From the NCBI GenBank assembly GCA_041489155.1, contig JBGPQP010000012.1, forward strand, positions 1-28,339: a stretch of DNA of 28,339 nt. Direction: 5' to 3'. The notes under the pieces are model-generated. The model searched no databases, was not told where the DNA came from, and saw only the letters and a program-made list of their open reading frames with translations. Source of the DNA: Candidatus Aenigmatarchaeota archaeon. Lineage in GTDB: Archaea > Aenigmatarchaeota > Aenigmatarchaeia > QMZP01 > QMZT01. Shown piece by piece: positions 9,129 to 18,361 of the stretch (position 1 is its first letter; every line of letters starts with the position of its first letter). The translations under genes and the position numbers were made by a program.

Positions 9129-10586
9129 ATGGCTGAAGAAAAGGATTATGCTTCGGGTATGAAGGACGTAATTGACAAGCTGTCGACCGTGGAAGACCTC
9201 CAGAACATGGTACAGCTCGACGTCATAAACCTGAGGAACGAGATCGAAAAGATCAGGCTCACTTTTTCAGGCTCCATAGCTTCCGAGGCCGACGACCACC
9301 TGGTCGAACTGCAGAACCTGGCGAAGGACGTCGACCTGTTCAAGCGGTGGAAGCAGACGGTCGATGAAGTCAGGTTCCTGCGCGACAAGGTCATGCTGCC
9401 TTCGCAGCCATCCGAGACAGCGGCCCCCGAGGAATTCGATGAGCTGCGCAGGGACATAGAGCAGATGAGGATGGAAATGCAGGCAAGAAGGACACCTTCG
9501 ACGACGATAGACCTGGCCGACCTAAAGGAAGCCATAGAGGACAACAAGAAGGCAGTCGAGAATCTCAAGTTCATGATTTCCGATAAGTCGAGGGGCGCGA
9601 TGCCCGACCTGGAGACCATAAAGAGAATGGTCACGGAGAATAGGAGGCTCATCGACGACCTGAGGGTAAAGGTGGACATGTCACGACCATCGATACCCTC
9701 GGCGACGCAGCGCGAGCTCGAGAATCTCCATGCCGAGGTCTCGAACCTCGAGACGGAAGTCCACAGCATGAAGGACGTGAAGCCCGGCAGGACCGCCGGC
9801 AAAGGCGAGATCGAAAATCTCAAGACCGAGCTGTACGCGAAGCTCGACGATCTTAACACCAAGTTCGGCCCGAAGAGCTCCGATGAAATCAAGAGGGCAA
9901 TGGAGGCGAACCGCGCGAGCCTTGACAAAATCAAGTCGCTGGTTTCCGGAGAGGAGACGACCATAGAAAGCCTCAAGCGGGAAATGGACGAGAGCAGGAA
10001 GTTCGTCGCGGAAGTCAAGAACATCGTGCTTTCCAAGAACCCGCAGCTTTCGAAGAAAATGATGATCCCACCTGACCCTGAGGTCAGGAAGAAGATGCTC
10101 AATCTCGAGCAGAAAATCGAATTTCTCGGCAGGAAGATAGAGAAGATGAGCGAACTGAAGCCCATAAAGCTGCCCGAGTTCGCGGCGCTGGCGAAGGGGA
10201 CGAAAGGCAGACCTGCGCCAACGGGCGATACCGAAAGCCTGCGGAGGGAGATCGACACCATCGTCTCGCGCATGGACGGCTTCCTGACTAAGGACGACGT
10301 CGAGAAGGGCTTCCTCGAGAAGCGGATGAAAGCGGACGAGAAGCTGCTCACCGGCGAGATCTACAAGGATCTGAATGACATAAAGAAGGCGATCATGCGC
10401 GGCGAGGACCACATAAACAGCGTAGCGACCGACGTCGAGGGTCTCAAGAAGGAAGTCGTGACGGTCGAGAAGCGCGAATGGGGCAAGGTCAGCGAGATTC
10501 CGGCGATAGACGACCTCAAGAAGCGCATAGACGAACTGGAGAGGAAGATCGACGAGATGCACGAGGGGCCCGTATTCATCGAGTGA
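9129..10586 (+). CDS. Long coiled-coil protein, function unknown
   Basis: About 485 aa of E/K/L-rich heptads separated by Pro-rich linkers; no Walker motifs; host-like codon usage. Confidence 0.85.
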   Translation: MAEEKDYASGMKDVIDKLSTVEDLQNMVQLDVINLRNEIEKIRLTFSGSIASEADDHLVELQNLAKDVDLFKRWKQTVDEVRFLRDKVMLPSQPSETAAPEEFDELRRDIEQMRMEMQARRTPSTTIDLADLKEAIEDNKKAVENLKFMISDKSRGAMPDLETIKRMVTENRRLIDDLRVKVDMSRPSIPSATQRELENLHAEVSNLETEVHSMKDVKPGRTAGKGEIENLKTELYAKLDDLNTKFGPKSSDEIKRAMEANRASLDKIKSLVSGEETTIESLKREMDESRKFVAEVKNIVLSKNPQLSKKMMIPPDPEVRKKMLNLEQKIEFLGRKIEKMSELKPIKLPEFAALAKGTKGRPAPTGDTESLRREIDTIVSRMDGFLTKDDVEKGFLEKRMKADEKLLTGEIYKDLNDIKKAIMRGEDHINSVATDVEGLKKEVVTVEKREWGKVSEIPAIDDLKKRIDELERKIDEMHEGPVFIE

Positions 10587-10649
10587 ACAATAATTTTTAA
10601 AGCAAACCTCCAATTATCATAATCCAATATAATTTTCAGGTGATGTTTT

Positions 10650-11240
10650 ATGGCGAATGTGAAAATCGGTTCTGAATTCAAACCGTCGTTGCAGCTGAAG
10701 AAGCTTTATTTTGCCTATCTCATCTCGAGCTTTGTCCTTTTCTTCATCATTTTCTGCGCTCCTCTGCTGCTTTTCGCTCCCGTGGAGGTGGCCATAATCT
10801 TGGGCTTTTTCCTGATACTTCCTATCATGATCATCTTTCTGTTCGCTGCCTGGTGGATTCCCAAATTCTATAACACCATGCTGTACAAGCTGACGGACAG
10901 CGAGATCGTATGGAGAAGGGGCGTGTGGTTCAAGGAGACGGGCATAGTCCCCTACAACAGGATAACCAACATCGACATCAAGCAGGGGCCTGTTTCGAGG
11001 AAGCTGAGGATCGCCTCTCTCAAAATCCAGACAGCAGGCTATTCAGGCCAGGCAGCAAGGCCGTCCGAGATAAGGATAGACGGCATGGAGAATTTCGAGG
11101 ACGTGCGCGAAGTGATAATGTCTTTCGTGCGGGGGAGGAAGCCGGTCGCCGTCGAGACCTATGACGAAACGAAGGGCGAGGCCAGTATGCTCGGCGAACT
11201 GGTGAAGATAAGAAAGCTGCTCGAGAAACGGAAGAAATGA
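10650..11240 (+). CDS. Membrane protein with bacterial PH domain (YdbS/bPH_2-like)
   Basis: Two TM helices, then YKLTD.EI..RRGVWF....VPYNRITNIDIKQGP..R.L....L.IQTAG; AGGTGA RBS. Confidence 0.88.
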   Translation: MANVKIGSEFKPSLQLKKLYFAYLISSFVLFFIIFCAPLLLFAPVEVAIILGFFLILPIMIIFLFAAWWIPKFYNTMLYKLTDSEIVWRRGVWFKETGIVPYNRITNIDIKQGPVSRKLRIASLKIQTAGYSGQAARPSEIRIDGMENFEDVREVIMSFVRGRKPVAVETYDETKGEASMLGELVKIRKLLEKRKK

Positions 11241-11263
11241 AATTTTGCGCGTCTTTCCTGTTT

Positions 11264-11617
11264 TCAGTATGTCGTCTTCATTTTTTTCACGGCATTGTAC
11301 ACCGGCCTGAAGACTTTTGAATACAGATCACCTCTTGCAAAATTAAGCAGGTCTTTTACCGGGCGGATGACGCTTTCCTCGAAGCCGTCGATTTCTGGCA
11401 CGCCATCGCTTCTCCTGACTGTAATTTTTGCCTTTTCATTTACAGAACAATAGGTTATGTCGCACAAGTCTGTGGCGTCGGTGAATGTGCTGTCGATTCT
11501 CCTAAAATGAAACGTGCTCCTGCCCAGTGCTGTTTCGGGCACTACTCTTATCCTGTTCCTTTCCAGATATCTTGCAATCCTTCTGGAGGCATTAGTATTT
11601 GTTCTCTCCTCGTTCAT
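11264..11617 (-). CDS. Hypothetical protein (ORFan)
   Basis: 117-aa ORF with GGTGA RBS and an upstream TTTAAA box. Confidence 0.65.
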   Translation of the reverse strand: MNEERTNTNASRRIARYLERNRIRVVPETALGRSTFHFRRIDSTFTDATDLCDITYCSVNEKAKITVRRSDGVPEIDGFEESVIRPVKDLLNFARGDLYSKVFRPVYNAVKKMKTTY

Positions 11618-11682
11618 CTAATCACCAATGGCATCTGATTTGATTGAATTTGAAAATAAATTTTAAATAAACATCCGAAATA

Positions 11683-12279
11683 TCACGCCGCCTTTCTTCT
11701 GAACTTCAGGAGCAGCGAACGCTTTCTTGCGCTGAAATCCGGCGGCAGGTGTATCTCGTGCATGTCCTGGATGTTCTCGACTGCGTAGAATACGTTGGCA
11801 TCGACTTCCTTGATGATGCTTATGACGTTCCTCAGCTTGTCTCTCTTGATTATCGCGAATATCATCTTCCTGTCCTTTGTCCCGCCCTGCGTGTCAACGA
11901 CCGTGATCTTGTACCCAGCCAGGTCCAGCTTGCCGACCATCTCGGCCGGATCCTTGCTGGTGGTTATTATGACGCTGAGGTAACCCATCGCAAGGATTTC
12001 CTCTATGGCCATGCCGACGAACGTCCCCACGGCGAAGCCGCCCGCGTAGGCTATGTAATTAAGGATGTTTGCCATCTCCAGTATGATGCGGCTTATGGCG
12101 AACAGCCAGATGAGCATCTCGAAGAAGCCGATCACAGGAGCTATGTACTTCATGCCCCTTGAGATGAAGATTATCCTTATCGTTCCCATTGACACGTCGA
12201 GGATTCTGGCCAGGAAAATGAAAAGCGGTATTATTATGAGGCCGATAAAATCAGAATTCAGAAGAGTCACAAAATCCAT
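11683..12279 (-). CDS. UPF0316 / DUF2179-DUF5698 membrane protein
   Basis: IFLARILDVSMGTIRI, IGFFE..IW, YAGGFAVGTFVG. Confidence 0.88.
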   Translation of the reverse strand: MDFVTLLNSDFIGLIIIPLFIFLARILDVSMGTIRIIFISRGMKYIAPVIGFFEMLIWLFAISRIILEMANILNYIAYAGGFAVGTFVGMAIEEILAMGYLSVIITTSKDPAEMVGKLDLAGYKITVVDTQGGTKDRKMIFAIIKRDKLRNVISIIKEVDANVFYAVENIQDMHEIHLPPDFSARKRSLLLKFRRKAA

Positions 12280-12377
12280 GCAGACACCCTGATTTAATAT
12301 AGACCGGCCGCGTATAAATTAATTCGCCGCAGCAAAGCATTTATCTCTTATCCGCAAATAGAGATTAAGGCGTCTTT

Positions 12378-13082
12378 ATGGTTCAGGCAGAAGAAAAAAA
12401 ACATGATCGCGGCATTATCGTCTGCGGCGTCGACGAGGCGGGACGCGGCGCGGTGATAGGCCCGCTTGTCATAGCAGGCGTTTCTGTTTTTGAGAAAGAC
12501 ATTGCGAAACTGAAGAAAATCGGCGTAAAGGATTCGAAAGAACTTTCGCCATCGCAGCGCGAGAAGCTCGCCAAGAAAATCGAGAAGATCGTCAAGGACA
12601 TCGTAGTCGTCAAGGTAGGGCCCTGCAAGATCGATGACTACAACAAGCAGGGCGTCAATCTCAACCGCGTCGAGGCGATGAAGATGTGCATGGTAATCGA
12701 CTGCCTCAGCGCGGCGAAGGCGTACGTCGACGGCCCGGAGGTCAACACCGAAAAATTCGGCAGGGTCATGCACAAGATGCTGAAAAACGACACCTCGCTG
12801 GTTGTGGAAAATTACGCTGACAAGAAATATCCTGTCGTTTCTGCGGCGTCCATACTCGCGAAGGTCGAGCGCGACAAGGAAATGGAAGAACTGGGGAAGA
12901 AGTACGGCATCGAGGGGACCGGCTACCCGTCGGATGAGCGAACGATCGCTTCGATGAAAGCCTACCTGGAGAAGAACAAGAAGTTCCCGGAGAAGGGGCT
13001 CGTCCGCTTCTCGTGGGACACGACGAAGGAAATGCTCGGCGAGAACAAACAGAAGAAGCTGTTCTGGTTCTGGGGAAAATAA
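12378..13082 (+). CDS. rnhB: Ribonuclease HII (archaeal type)
   Basis: GVDEAGRGAVIGPLV, GVKDSK.L, YVD, ADKKYPVVSAASILAKVERD, GTGYPSD; C-terminal QKKLFWF resembles a PIP box. Confidence 0.95.
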   Translation: MVQAEEKKHDRGIIVCGVDEAGRGAVIGPLVIAGVSVFEKDIAKLKKIGVKDSKELSPSQREKLAKKIEKIVKDIVVVKVGPCKIDDYNKQGVNLNRVEAMKMCMVIDCLSAAKAYVDGPEVNTEKFGRVMHKMLKNDTSLVVENYADKKYPVVSAASILAKVERDKEMEELGKKYGIEGTGYPSDERTIASMKAYLEKNKKFPEKGLVRFSWDTTKEMLGENKQKKLFWFWGK

Positions 13083-13107
13083 AATTTTCTTTTAAGTTCC
13101 GTTTAAA

Positions 13108-13638
13108 TCATTTAAGAACATTTATCATTCTGTCAAGATATTCTGGAAGTAAAGTATCTTGGAACCACTCAGTTTTGGCAAAAGAAACTTCGTCATTGCC
13201 GCCTATCACCGCCTTAAGTGTTGAAGAGTCTTTTTTGCCTCCGAATTTTAATTCAAATGTAACCCTTTTCCCAGAATATTCTTTACCCTCGTTCATCATT
13301 ACTGTATTTTCGACAACAGTTATAATTACTTGATCCTTTATGTCATCATCATTTAGTCCTATGCCATTGATTTCGTAACCGGTTCGCGGGTTAACTAACG
13401 GCTTACATTTTTTCCATAATTCCGTGATTTTGTCTAGAACTTTAGCTTTTTCCTTGTCGTCCCTTGTATAAGTATCGTCGGGCTTTGCTGATGGTTCGCC
13501 ATACGTCGACATATCGCCGTGGTGCGCCGTATATATGCTTTTTGCATTAAGCCCTGCTGGCGCCGCCAATAAGGTTGAGGCGCAAAGAATAGCGGCGCCT
13601 TTTTTCAGGCTCCTTATGCCTTTGGATACATAGCCCAT
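13108..13638 (-). CDS. Hypothetical secreted protein (AT-rich ORFan)
   Basis: Basic N-terminus plus hydrophobic stretch (KKGAAILCASTLLAAPAGLNA) resembling a signal peptide. Confidence 0.7.
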   Translation of the reverse strand: MGYVSKGIRSLKKGAAILCASTLLAAPAGLNAKSIYTAHHGDMSTYGEPSAKPDDTYTRDDKEKAKVLDKITELWKKCKPLVNPRTGYEINGIGLNDDDIKDQVIITVVENTVMMNEGKEYSGKRVTFELKFGGKKDSSTLKAVIGGNDEVSFAKTEWFQDTLLPEYLDRMINVLK

Positions 13639-13692
13639 ATTTATCGATTAATTTTGGAGAAGAAATTTTAAAAGCCTTTATTGTGCTTGGGT

Positions 13693-14970
13693 TCACGGCT
13701 TGAACCTTCTCTGCGTGCGCGGGAAAGCAATCGCATCCTTGATGTTTTCCAGATGGCAGAGCCATGCGACCACGCGCTCGACGCCGAGACCGTATCCCGA
13801 GTGGGGAACGCTACCATAACGCCTGAGATCCATGTACCAAGAATAGTTCTCCGGCTTCTCGCCCATTTTCTTCAGCGACTCGGTCAGCGCCTTGATGTCC
13901 GTGTCTCGCTGCGAGCCGCCGATTATCTCGCCGTAGCTTTCGGGCGCGAGCATGTCGAAGCACAGCGCCGTCTTCGCGTCCTTCGGGTCGCGCGGCTTGT
14001 AAAACGCCATTATCTCCTTCGGGTAATGCGTGACCACGACGGGCGTGTCGAAGTGCTTCATGAGCTTGTCTTCTTCGACTGTGCGCAGGTCCTTACCCCA
14101 AGCGATTTTCAGGCCTTCCTTCTCGCGCAGGATTTCCAGCGCCTTAGTATATGTAATCGTGGGGAAAGGCTTCTTCGCAATCGCTTCGAGCTTCTTGATG
14201 TCCTGCCCCAAGATTTCCAGTTCCTTTTTGTTGTGCTTGAGGACTTCCTCTATCATGAACCTGACTTCGTCCTTCGCTACTGTCGTCACCTCGTCCAGCT
14301 CCATCCATGCGGCTTCCATCTCCGCCATCCAGAACTCGGCGAGATGCCTCGACGTCTTCGAACGTTCGGCGCGGAACGTCGGCGAAACGTCATAGACTTT
14401 CTCGAGCGCGAATATCGCGGCCTCGGCGTAAAGCTGCCATGACTGCGTGAGATAAGTGATGTCGTCGAAATATTTCACCTGAAATAATGTCGCGCCGCCT
14501 TCGCACTGGCTCGGCTGGAAGATGGGCGGGTCGAACTCATAATAGCCGCGGTCGCGAAAAAACTTGTGTATCGCTCCCATGACAGTGTGGCGTATTTTCA
14601 TTGCCGCCGTGAGCTGGCGCGAGCGCAGCCAGAGATGCCGGACGTCCATCAGGAACTCCGGCGACTGGTCCTTGGTTATCGGGTAGCGCTCTGCGATGTG
14701 GACGGGATGAAGCTCGCTTATCTTTACCTCGTAGCCCGTCGGTGCGCGCTTGTCCTCTACCACATGGCCTTTTACAATCACCGATGATTCCATCGTAAGC
14801 GACTTTGCCTTTTCGAAGTCCTTGCTGTCCACTTTTATCGTGCACTGCACGATGTCGTGCGAATCGCGTATGATGAGAAAGATGATGTCCTTACTCTCAC
14901 GCTTTCGGTAGACCCATCCCTTTATTTCGATGGCCTTTCCGACGCTCGAGGGGACTTTGTCTATGTTCAT
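13693..14970 (-). CDS. asnS: Asparaginyl-tRNA synthetase (archaeal type)
   Basis: OB fold GWVYRKR, RHLWLRS, YLTQSWQLY, FRAERSKTSRHLAEFWM, GEIIGGSQR, RRYGSVPHSGYGLGVER; in-frame upstream ATG at 14988 also possible. Confidence 0.95.
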   Translation of the reverse strand: MNIDKVPSSVGKAIEIKGWVYRKRESKDIIFLIIRDSHDIVQCTIKVDSKDFEKAKSLTMESSVIVKGHVVEDKRAPTGYEVKISELHPVHIAERYPITKDQSPEFLMDVRHLWLRSRQLTAAMKIRHTVMGAIHKFFRDRGYYEFDPPIFQPSQCEGGATLFQVKYFDDITYLTQSWQLYAEAAIFALEKVYDVSPTFRAERSKTSRHLAEFWMAEMEAAWMELDEVTTVAKDEVRFMIEEVLKHNKKELEILGQDIKKLEAIAKKPFPTITYTKALEILREKEGLKIAWGKDLRTVEEDKLMKHFDTPVVVTHYPKEIMAFYKPRDPKDAKTALCFDMLAPESYGEIIGGSQRDTDIKALTESLKKMGEKPENYSWYMDLRRYGSVPHSGYGLGVERVVAWLCHLENIKDAIAFPRTQRRFKP

Positions 14971-15032
14971 GCAATCGCCTATTATCATATTTTTTGTCGC
15001 GTACTTAAAATGTTTCTCCTACAGCTCGCGTT

Positions 15033-16043
15033 TCAGAGCAGTTTTATCCCGTACTTCTCGCATTCTTTCTCTATGCGCTCCGGCCAGATGCTCGCCTGAA
15101 CTTCGCCTATGTGCTGCTTGCGCAGGAAGAGCATGCACAGGCGCGACTGCCCGATGCCTCCGCCTATCGTGAGCGGCAATTCGCCTCTGAGCAGACGCGT
15201 ATGCCATTCCATCTGCTGCCTTTCTTCTGCTTTTCTTTCCGCCAGCTGCCGCAAAAGCGAAGCGCTATCGACGCGAATACCCATCGACGAAAGTTCCATC
15301 GCCTTTCCCAGCGGCGGATACCAGACGAGTATGTCGCCGTTCAGCCCGCGCTTGCCTTCGCCCGTTTCTGTAATCCAGTCGTCGTAGTCGGGCGCGCGAC
15401 CATCGTGAGGCTTGCCGTCGGCCAGCGCAGCTCCGATGCCTATGATGAAGACAGCGCCCTTCTCCTTCGTTATCGCGTCTTCCCTCTGCCTCGGAGAAAG
15501 GTCCGGGTATTTCTGCGCGAGGTCTTCAGCGTGGACGAACGCGATTTCGCCAGGGAGGAAAGGTTCTATCTGCGAATATCGTCCGTGTATCATCTGCTCT
15601 GTCTCCCTTATCACGCTGTAGATTTTCCTCACCATGAATTTCAGGAAGGCGAGGCTTCTCTCTTCCGGCAGAATGATTCTTTCCCAGTCCCACTGGTCGA
15701 CGTAGAGCGAGTGGAGCTCGTCCATCGCTTCGTCCGGCCTGATCGCATTCATGTCAGTGTAAAGCCCCTCGCCCGTTGCGAAGCCGTAGTCAGCGAGCGC
15801 CATGCGCTTCCACTTTGCCAGCGAAAAGACTATCTCGGCCTTCGCGTGCGCATCATCCGGGATTGTGAAAGTGACCTTGTGCTCGACGCCGTTCAGGTCG
15901 TCGTTCACGCCGGTCCCGCTCCTGACGATTATCGGCGCTGAAACCCGCTGCAGCGACAGCGCTTCGGCCAGGCGATGCTCGAAGAAGTCCTTTATCAGCT
16001 TTATCGCCTTCTCCGTCTCCCTAACATCAAGCGTTCCCTTCAT
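15033..16043 (-). CDS. asnA: Aspartate--ammonia ligase (bacterial-type asparagine synthetase A)
   Basis: NDDLNGVE, SLAKWKR, GLYTDMNAIRPDE, HSLYVDQWDWE, HDGRAPDYDDW, ELSSMGIRV, TIGGGIGQSR, HIGEVQ. Confidence 0.96.
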   Translation of the reverse strand: MKGTLDVRETEKAIKLIKDFFEHRLAEALSLQRVSAPIIVRSGTGVNDDLNGVEHKVTFTIPDDAHAKAEIVFSLAKWKRMALADYGFATGEGLYTDMNAIRPDEAMDELHSLYVDQWDWERIILPEERSLAFLKFMVRKIYSVIRETEQMIHGRYSQIEPFLPGEIAFVHAEDLAQKYPDLSPRQREDAITKEKGAVFIIGIGAALADGKPHDGRAPDYDDWITETGEGKRGLNGDILVWYPPLGKAMELSSMGIRVDSASLLRQLAERKAEERQQMEWHTRLLRGELPLTIGGGIGQSRLCMLFLRKQHIGEVQASIWPERIEKECEKYGIKLL

Positions 16044-16153
16044 CAAAACCACCCATTTAAGGATAAAATCTGATAAGGCGGGCTGGATATATATGTTTTT
16101 ACTGATTTATTCGGAAAAATATACAAAAAATACCAACTTTTATATACTAAATG

Positions 16154-16165
16154 GAACAATTGTTC
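16154..16165. promoter_or_regulatory. Palindromic operator candidate at the Lrp/AsnC promoter
   Basis: Perfect GAACAATTGTTC between the TTTTATATA box (about 16137-16146) and ATG 16169. Confidence 0.55.
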
Positions 16166-16168
16166 AAT

Positions 16169-16669
16169 ATGGATTACGCTACGGCAGCCAGTCCCGACAG
16201 GAAAAGGAAGGCAGAGACCGGTAGCCAGATCGACACCAAGGACCTCCGCATCCTGGAGATCCTGAAAGAAAGCGGCGATCTGACGGTGCGCCAGGTCGCC
16301 GCTCGAACGCTCCTGCCCATAACGACCGTCCACAACCGCATAAACCGCCTGAAGAAGATGGGCGTCATAAAGCGCTTCACCATCGAGCTCGATTACCGCA
16401 AGATGGGGAAAACGCTATCCGCGTACGTGCTGGTCAGGGTGGATTCGCATTATCTCAAATCCCTGAGGATCAGCCAGCACGAGCTCGCCAGGGAACTGAA
16501 GATGCTTCCGTTCGTCGAGAAGGCCGACATCGTGACGGGAACGATAGACATCATCATGCTAATACGGGTGAAGGACATCGAGGAACTGGACAAGATAGTG
16601 ATAGATACGCTGCGGGATTTCAAGGGCATCCTCTCGACGGAGACGCTGGTGATACTGCGCGAAAACTGA
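16169..16669 (+). CDS. Lrp/AsnC family transcriptional regulator
   Basis: IDTKDLRILEIL, TTVHNRINRLKKMGVIKRF HTH, C-terminal RAM domain IVTGTIDI, TETLVIL; ATG 16151 is an alternative start. Confidence 0.93.
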   Translation: MDYATAASPDRKRKAETGSQIDTKDLRILEILKESGDLTVRQVAARTLLPITTVHNRINRLKKMGVIKRFTIELDYRKMGKTLSAYVLVRVDSHYLKSLRISQHELARELKMLPFVEKADIVTGTIDIIMLIRVKDIEELDKIVIDTLRDFKGILSTETLVILREN

Positions 16670-16715
16670 AAAATTTCAAAAGTTTAATAAAACCCGGAAA
16701 ATATAATTGATGATT

Positions 16716-17981
16716 ATGGAGCAGACGTACTCGAAAGAGCTGAAAGCCGACGCAAGGGCGAAGGTTAAGGGCTGGGTGGACAACATACGCAGGATGGGCA
16801 ACATCGCGTTCCTCACCGTCCGCGACCGAGAAGGCCTCGTGCAGGTCATCGCGAAGAAAGGCGACGTCTCTGATGCGGTCATAGATGTCATCTCAAACCT
16901 CGGCAAGGAGGACTGCGTCGAGGTTGAAGGGACGGTCGTGAAATCGAAGATCGCCAAGCTCGGCTACGAGCTCGTGCCTTCAAACGTCAAACTTCTCGCA
17001 GCCGCAGAAAAGCCGCTGCCCATGGACAAGCACATCGAGTCGTGGAAGGACACGCGCTTCGACTACCGCTTCATGGACCTGCGCAGGCCGGAGGTCAAGA
17101 AGATTTTCATCATCCGCCACAAGGTCATGGGCTTCGCCCACGAGTTTTTCCACAAGAACGGCTTCATCGAGGTGCATACGCCGGTCATTCAGGCCGCAGG
17201 CGCGGAGGGAGGAGCGAACCTTTTCAAGTTCAACTATTACGGCAAGCAAGCGTATCTCCGCCAGTCGCCTCAGCTCTACAAGCAGATGATGATGGCTTCC
17301 GGGCTGGACCGCGTCTACGAGATAGGCCAGGCGTTCCGCGCGGAGAAGTTCCATACGAGGCGGCATATCTCCGAGTTCATGTCCCTCGACTTCGAGCTGG
17401 CGTGGATAGACAGCGAGGAGGACGTGCTCAACGTTCTGGAACGCATGGTCGTCCACATCATGAAAGGCCTGAAAGGCGATGGCCTGCCCGACATTGAAGT
17501 GCCGGAGATACCCTTCAGACGCGTGACTTACGAGGAAGTCATCAATACGCTCAACAAGGCAGGCATGAACAAGAAGTTCGGCGACGACCTCGAGGACGCG
17601 GAGGAGGCGAAGTTCGCGGAGATAATGAAGAAGAAAGGCGTTGATATTTACTTCATAACTAAGTTCCCGTCCGTGCTGAAGCCGTTCTACATAATGTTCG
17701 ACGGCGAGCTTTCCAGAGGGATAGATCTCGATTACAAGGGCCTCGAACTTGCATCCGGCGGCCAGCGTGAGCACAGGTACGGGGTCCTGAAAAGGGTCAT
17801 GACGGAGAAAGGCCTGGATCCGAATGACTTCAAATTCTATCTCGACGCGTTCAGATATGGTTGTCCTCCGATGGGAGGAATTGGTTTCGGAGTGGACAGA
17901 TTTGTTAAACAGATTATGAACTTGGCCGATGTTCAAGAAGCAATATTGTTTCCGAGAACTCCGGATAGACTAGTCCCCTGA
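16716..17981 (+). CDS. aspS: Aspartyl-tRNA synthetase (archaeal type, probably discriminating)
   Basis: GWV..IR.MG.IAF..VRDREG, RFMDLR, AEGGANLF, YLRQSPQLYKQ, FRAE, ELASGGQREH, LFPR. Confidence 0.95.
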   Translation: MEQTYSKELKADARAKVKGWVDNIRRMGNIAFLTVRDREGLVQVIAKKGDVSDAVIDVISNLGKEDCVEVEGTVVKSKIAKLGYELVPSNVKLLAAAEKPLPMDKHIESWKDTRFDYRFMDLRRPEVKKIFIIRHKVMGFAHEFFHKNGFIEVHTPVIQAAGAEGGANLFKFNYYGKQAYLRQSPQLYKQMMMASGLDRVYEIGQAFRAEKFHTRRHISEFMSLDFELAWIDSEEDVLNVLERMVVHIMKGLKGDGLPDIEVPEIPFRRVTYEEVINTLNKAGMNKKFGDDLEDAEEAKFAEIMKKKGVDIYFITKFPSVLKPFYIMFDGELSRGIDLDYKGLELASGGQREHRYGVLKRVMTEKGLDPNDFKFYLDAFRYGCPPMGGIGFGVDRFVKQIMNLADVQEAILFPRTPDRLVP

Positions 17982-17993
17982 TTTATGTTTTTA

Positions 17994-18338
17994 CTAATCT
18001 TTTATTTTTGCTGTTTCCATGCCGCTTTTCTCCGCTTTTTCCTTAATATCCCTGAGCACGACCTTTCCTTTCACCATGTCAAACTGAACCTGCTCCAGAC
18101 AATTTGCGAGCCAAGGATTAATTTTTTTGTATTTGGCTATAATGTCAGAAAAATAATCGAGAACTTCTCCCGTGTCTATTTTACCGCTCCAGTATTCAGA
18201 CTTCAGTTTTGTTGTGCCTGCCAGGCACTGGTAGAAATCCTTATCAACGTACGGGTTTTCTAGTTTTACTGTTGTTGCTCCCAGCATGCACAAGCCTAGC
18301 CCGAAGTTAAATAATTTTCTGCCGAAGCCGTATTTCAT
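17994..18338 (-). CDS. Hypothetical secreted/membrane-anchored protein (AT-rich ORFan)
   Basis: 114 aa with an N-terminal basic and hydrophobic segment (RKLFNFGLGLCMLGA). Confidence 0.65.
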   Translation of the reverse strand: MKYGFGRKLFNFGLGLCMLGATTVKLENPYVDKDFYQCLAGTTKLKSEYWSGKIDTGEVLDYFSDIIAKYKKINPWLANCLEQVQFDMVKGKVVLRDIKEKAEKSGMETAKIKD

Positions 18339-18361
18339 GTTATTTGTAATGGCGGCAAGAA

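Noticed and set aside
9129..10586. SMC/Rad50 call for the coiled-coil proteins (also 22614-23915)
   Set aside because: No Walker A/B, signature, hinge or CxxC hook motifs.
9146..10613. Long antisense ORFs (401 and 310 aa; likewise 1674-2420, 2588-3316, 16980-17936, 19258-20223, 26539-27333)
   Set aside because: Shadow frames of real genes with high GC3; no recognisable motifs or promoters.
11241..11266. Possible stub of the DUF2179 gene 3' end left of the 11264 ORFan
   Set aside because: Similarity to 11683-11710 is weak and needs gaps; not distinguishable from chance.
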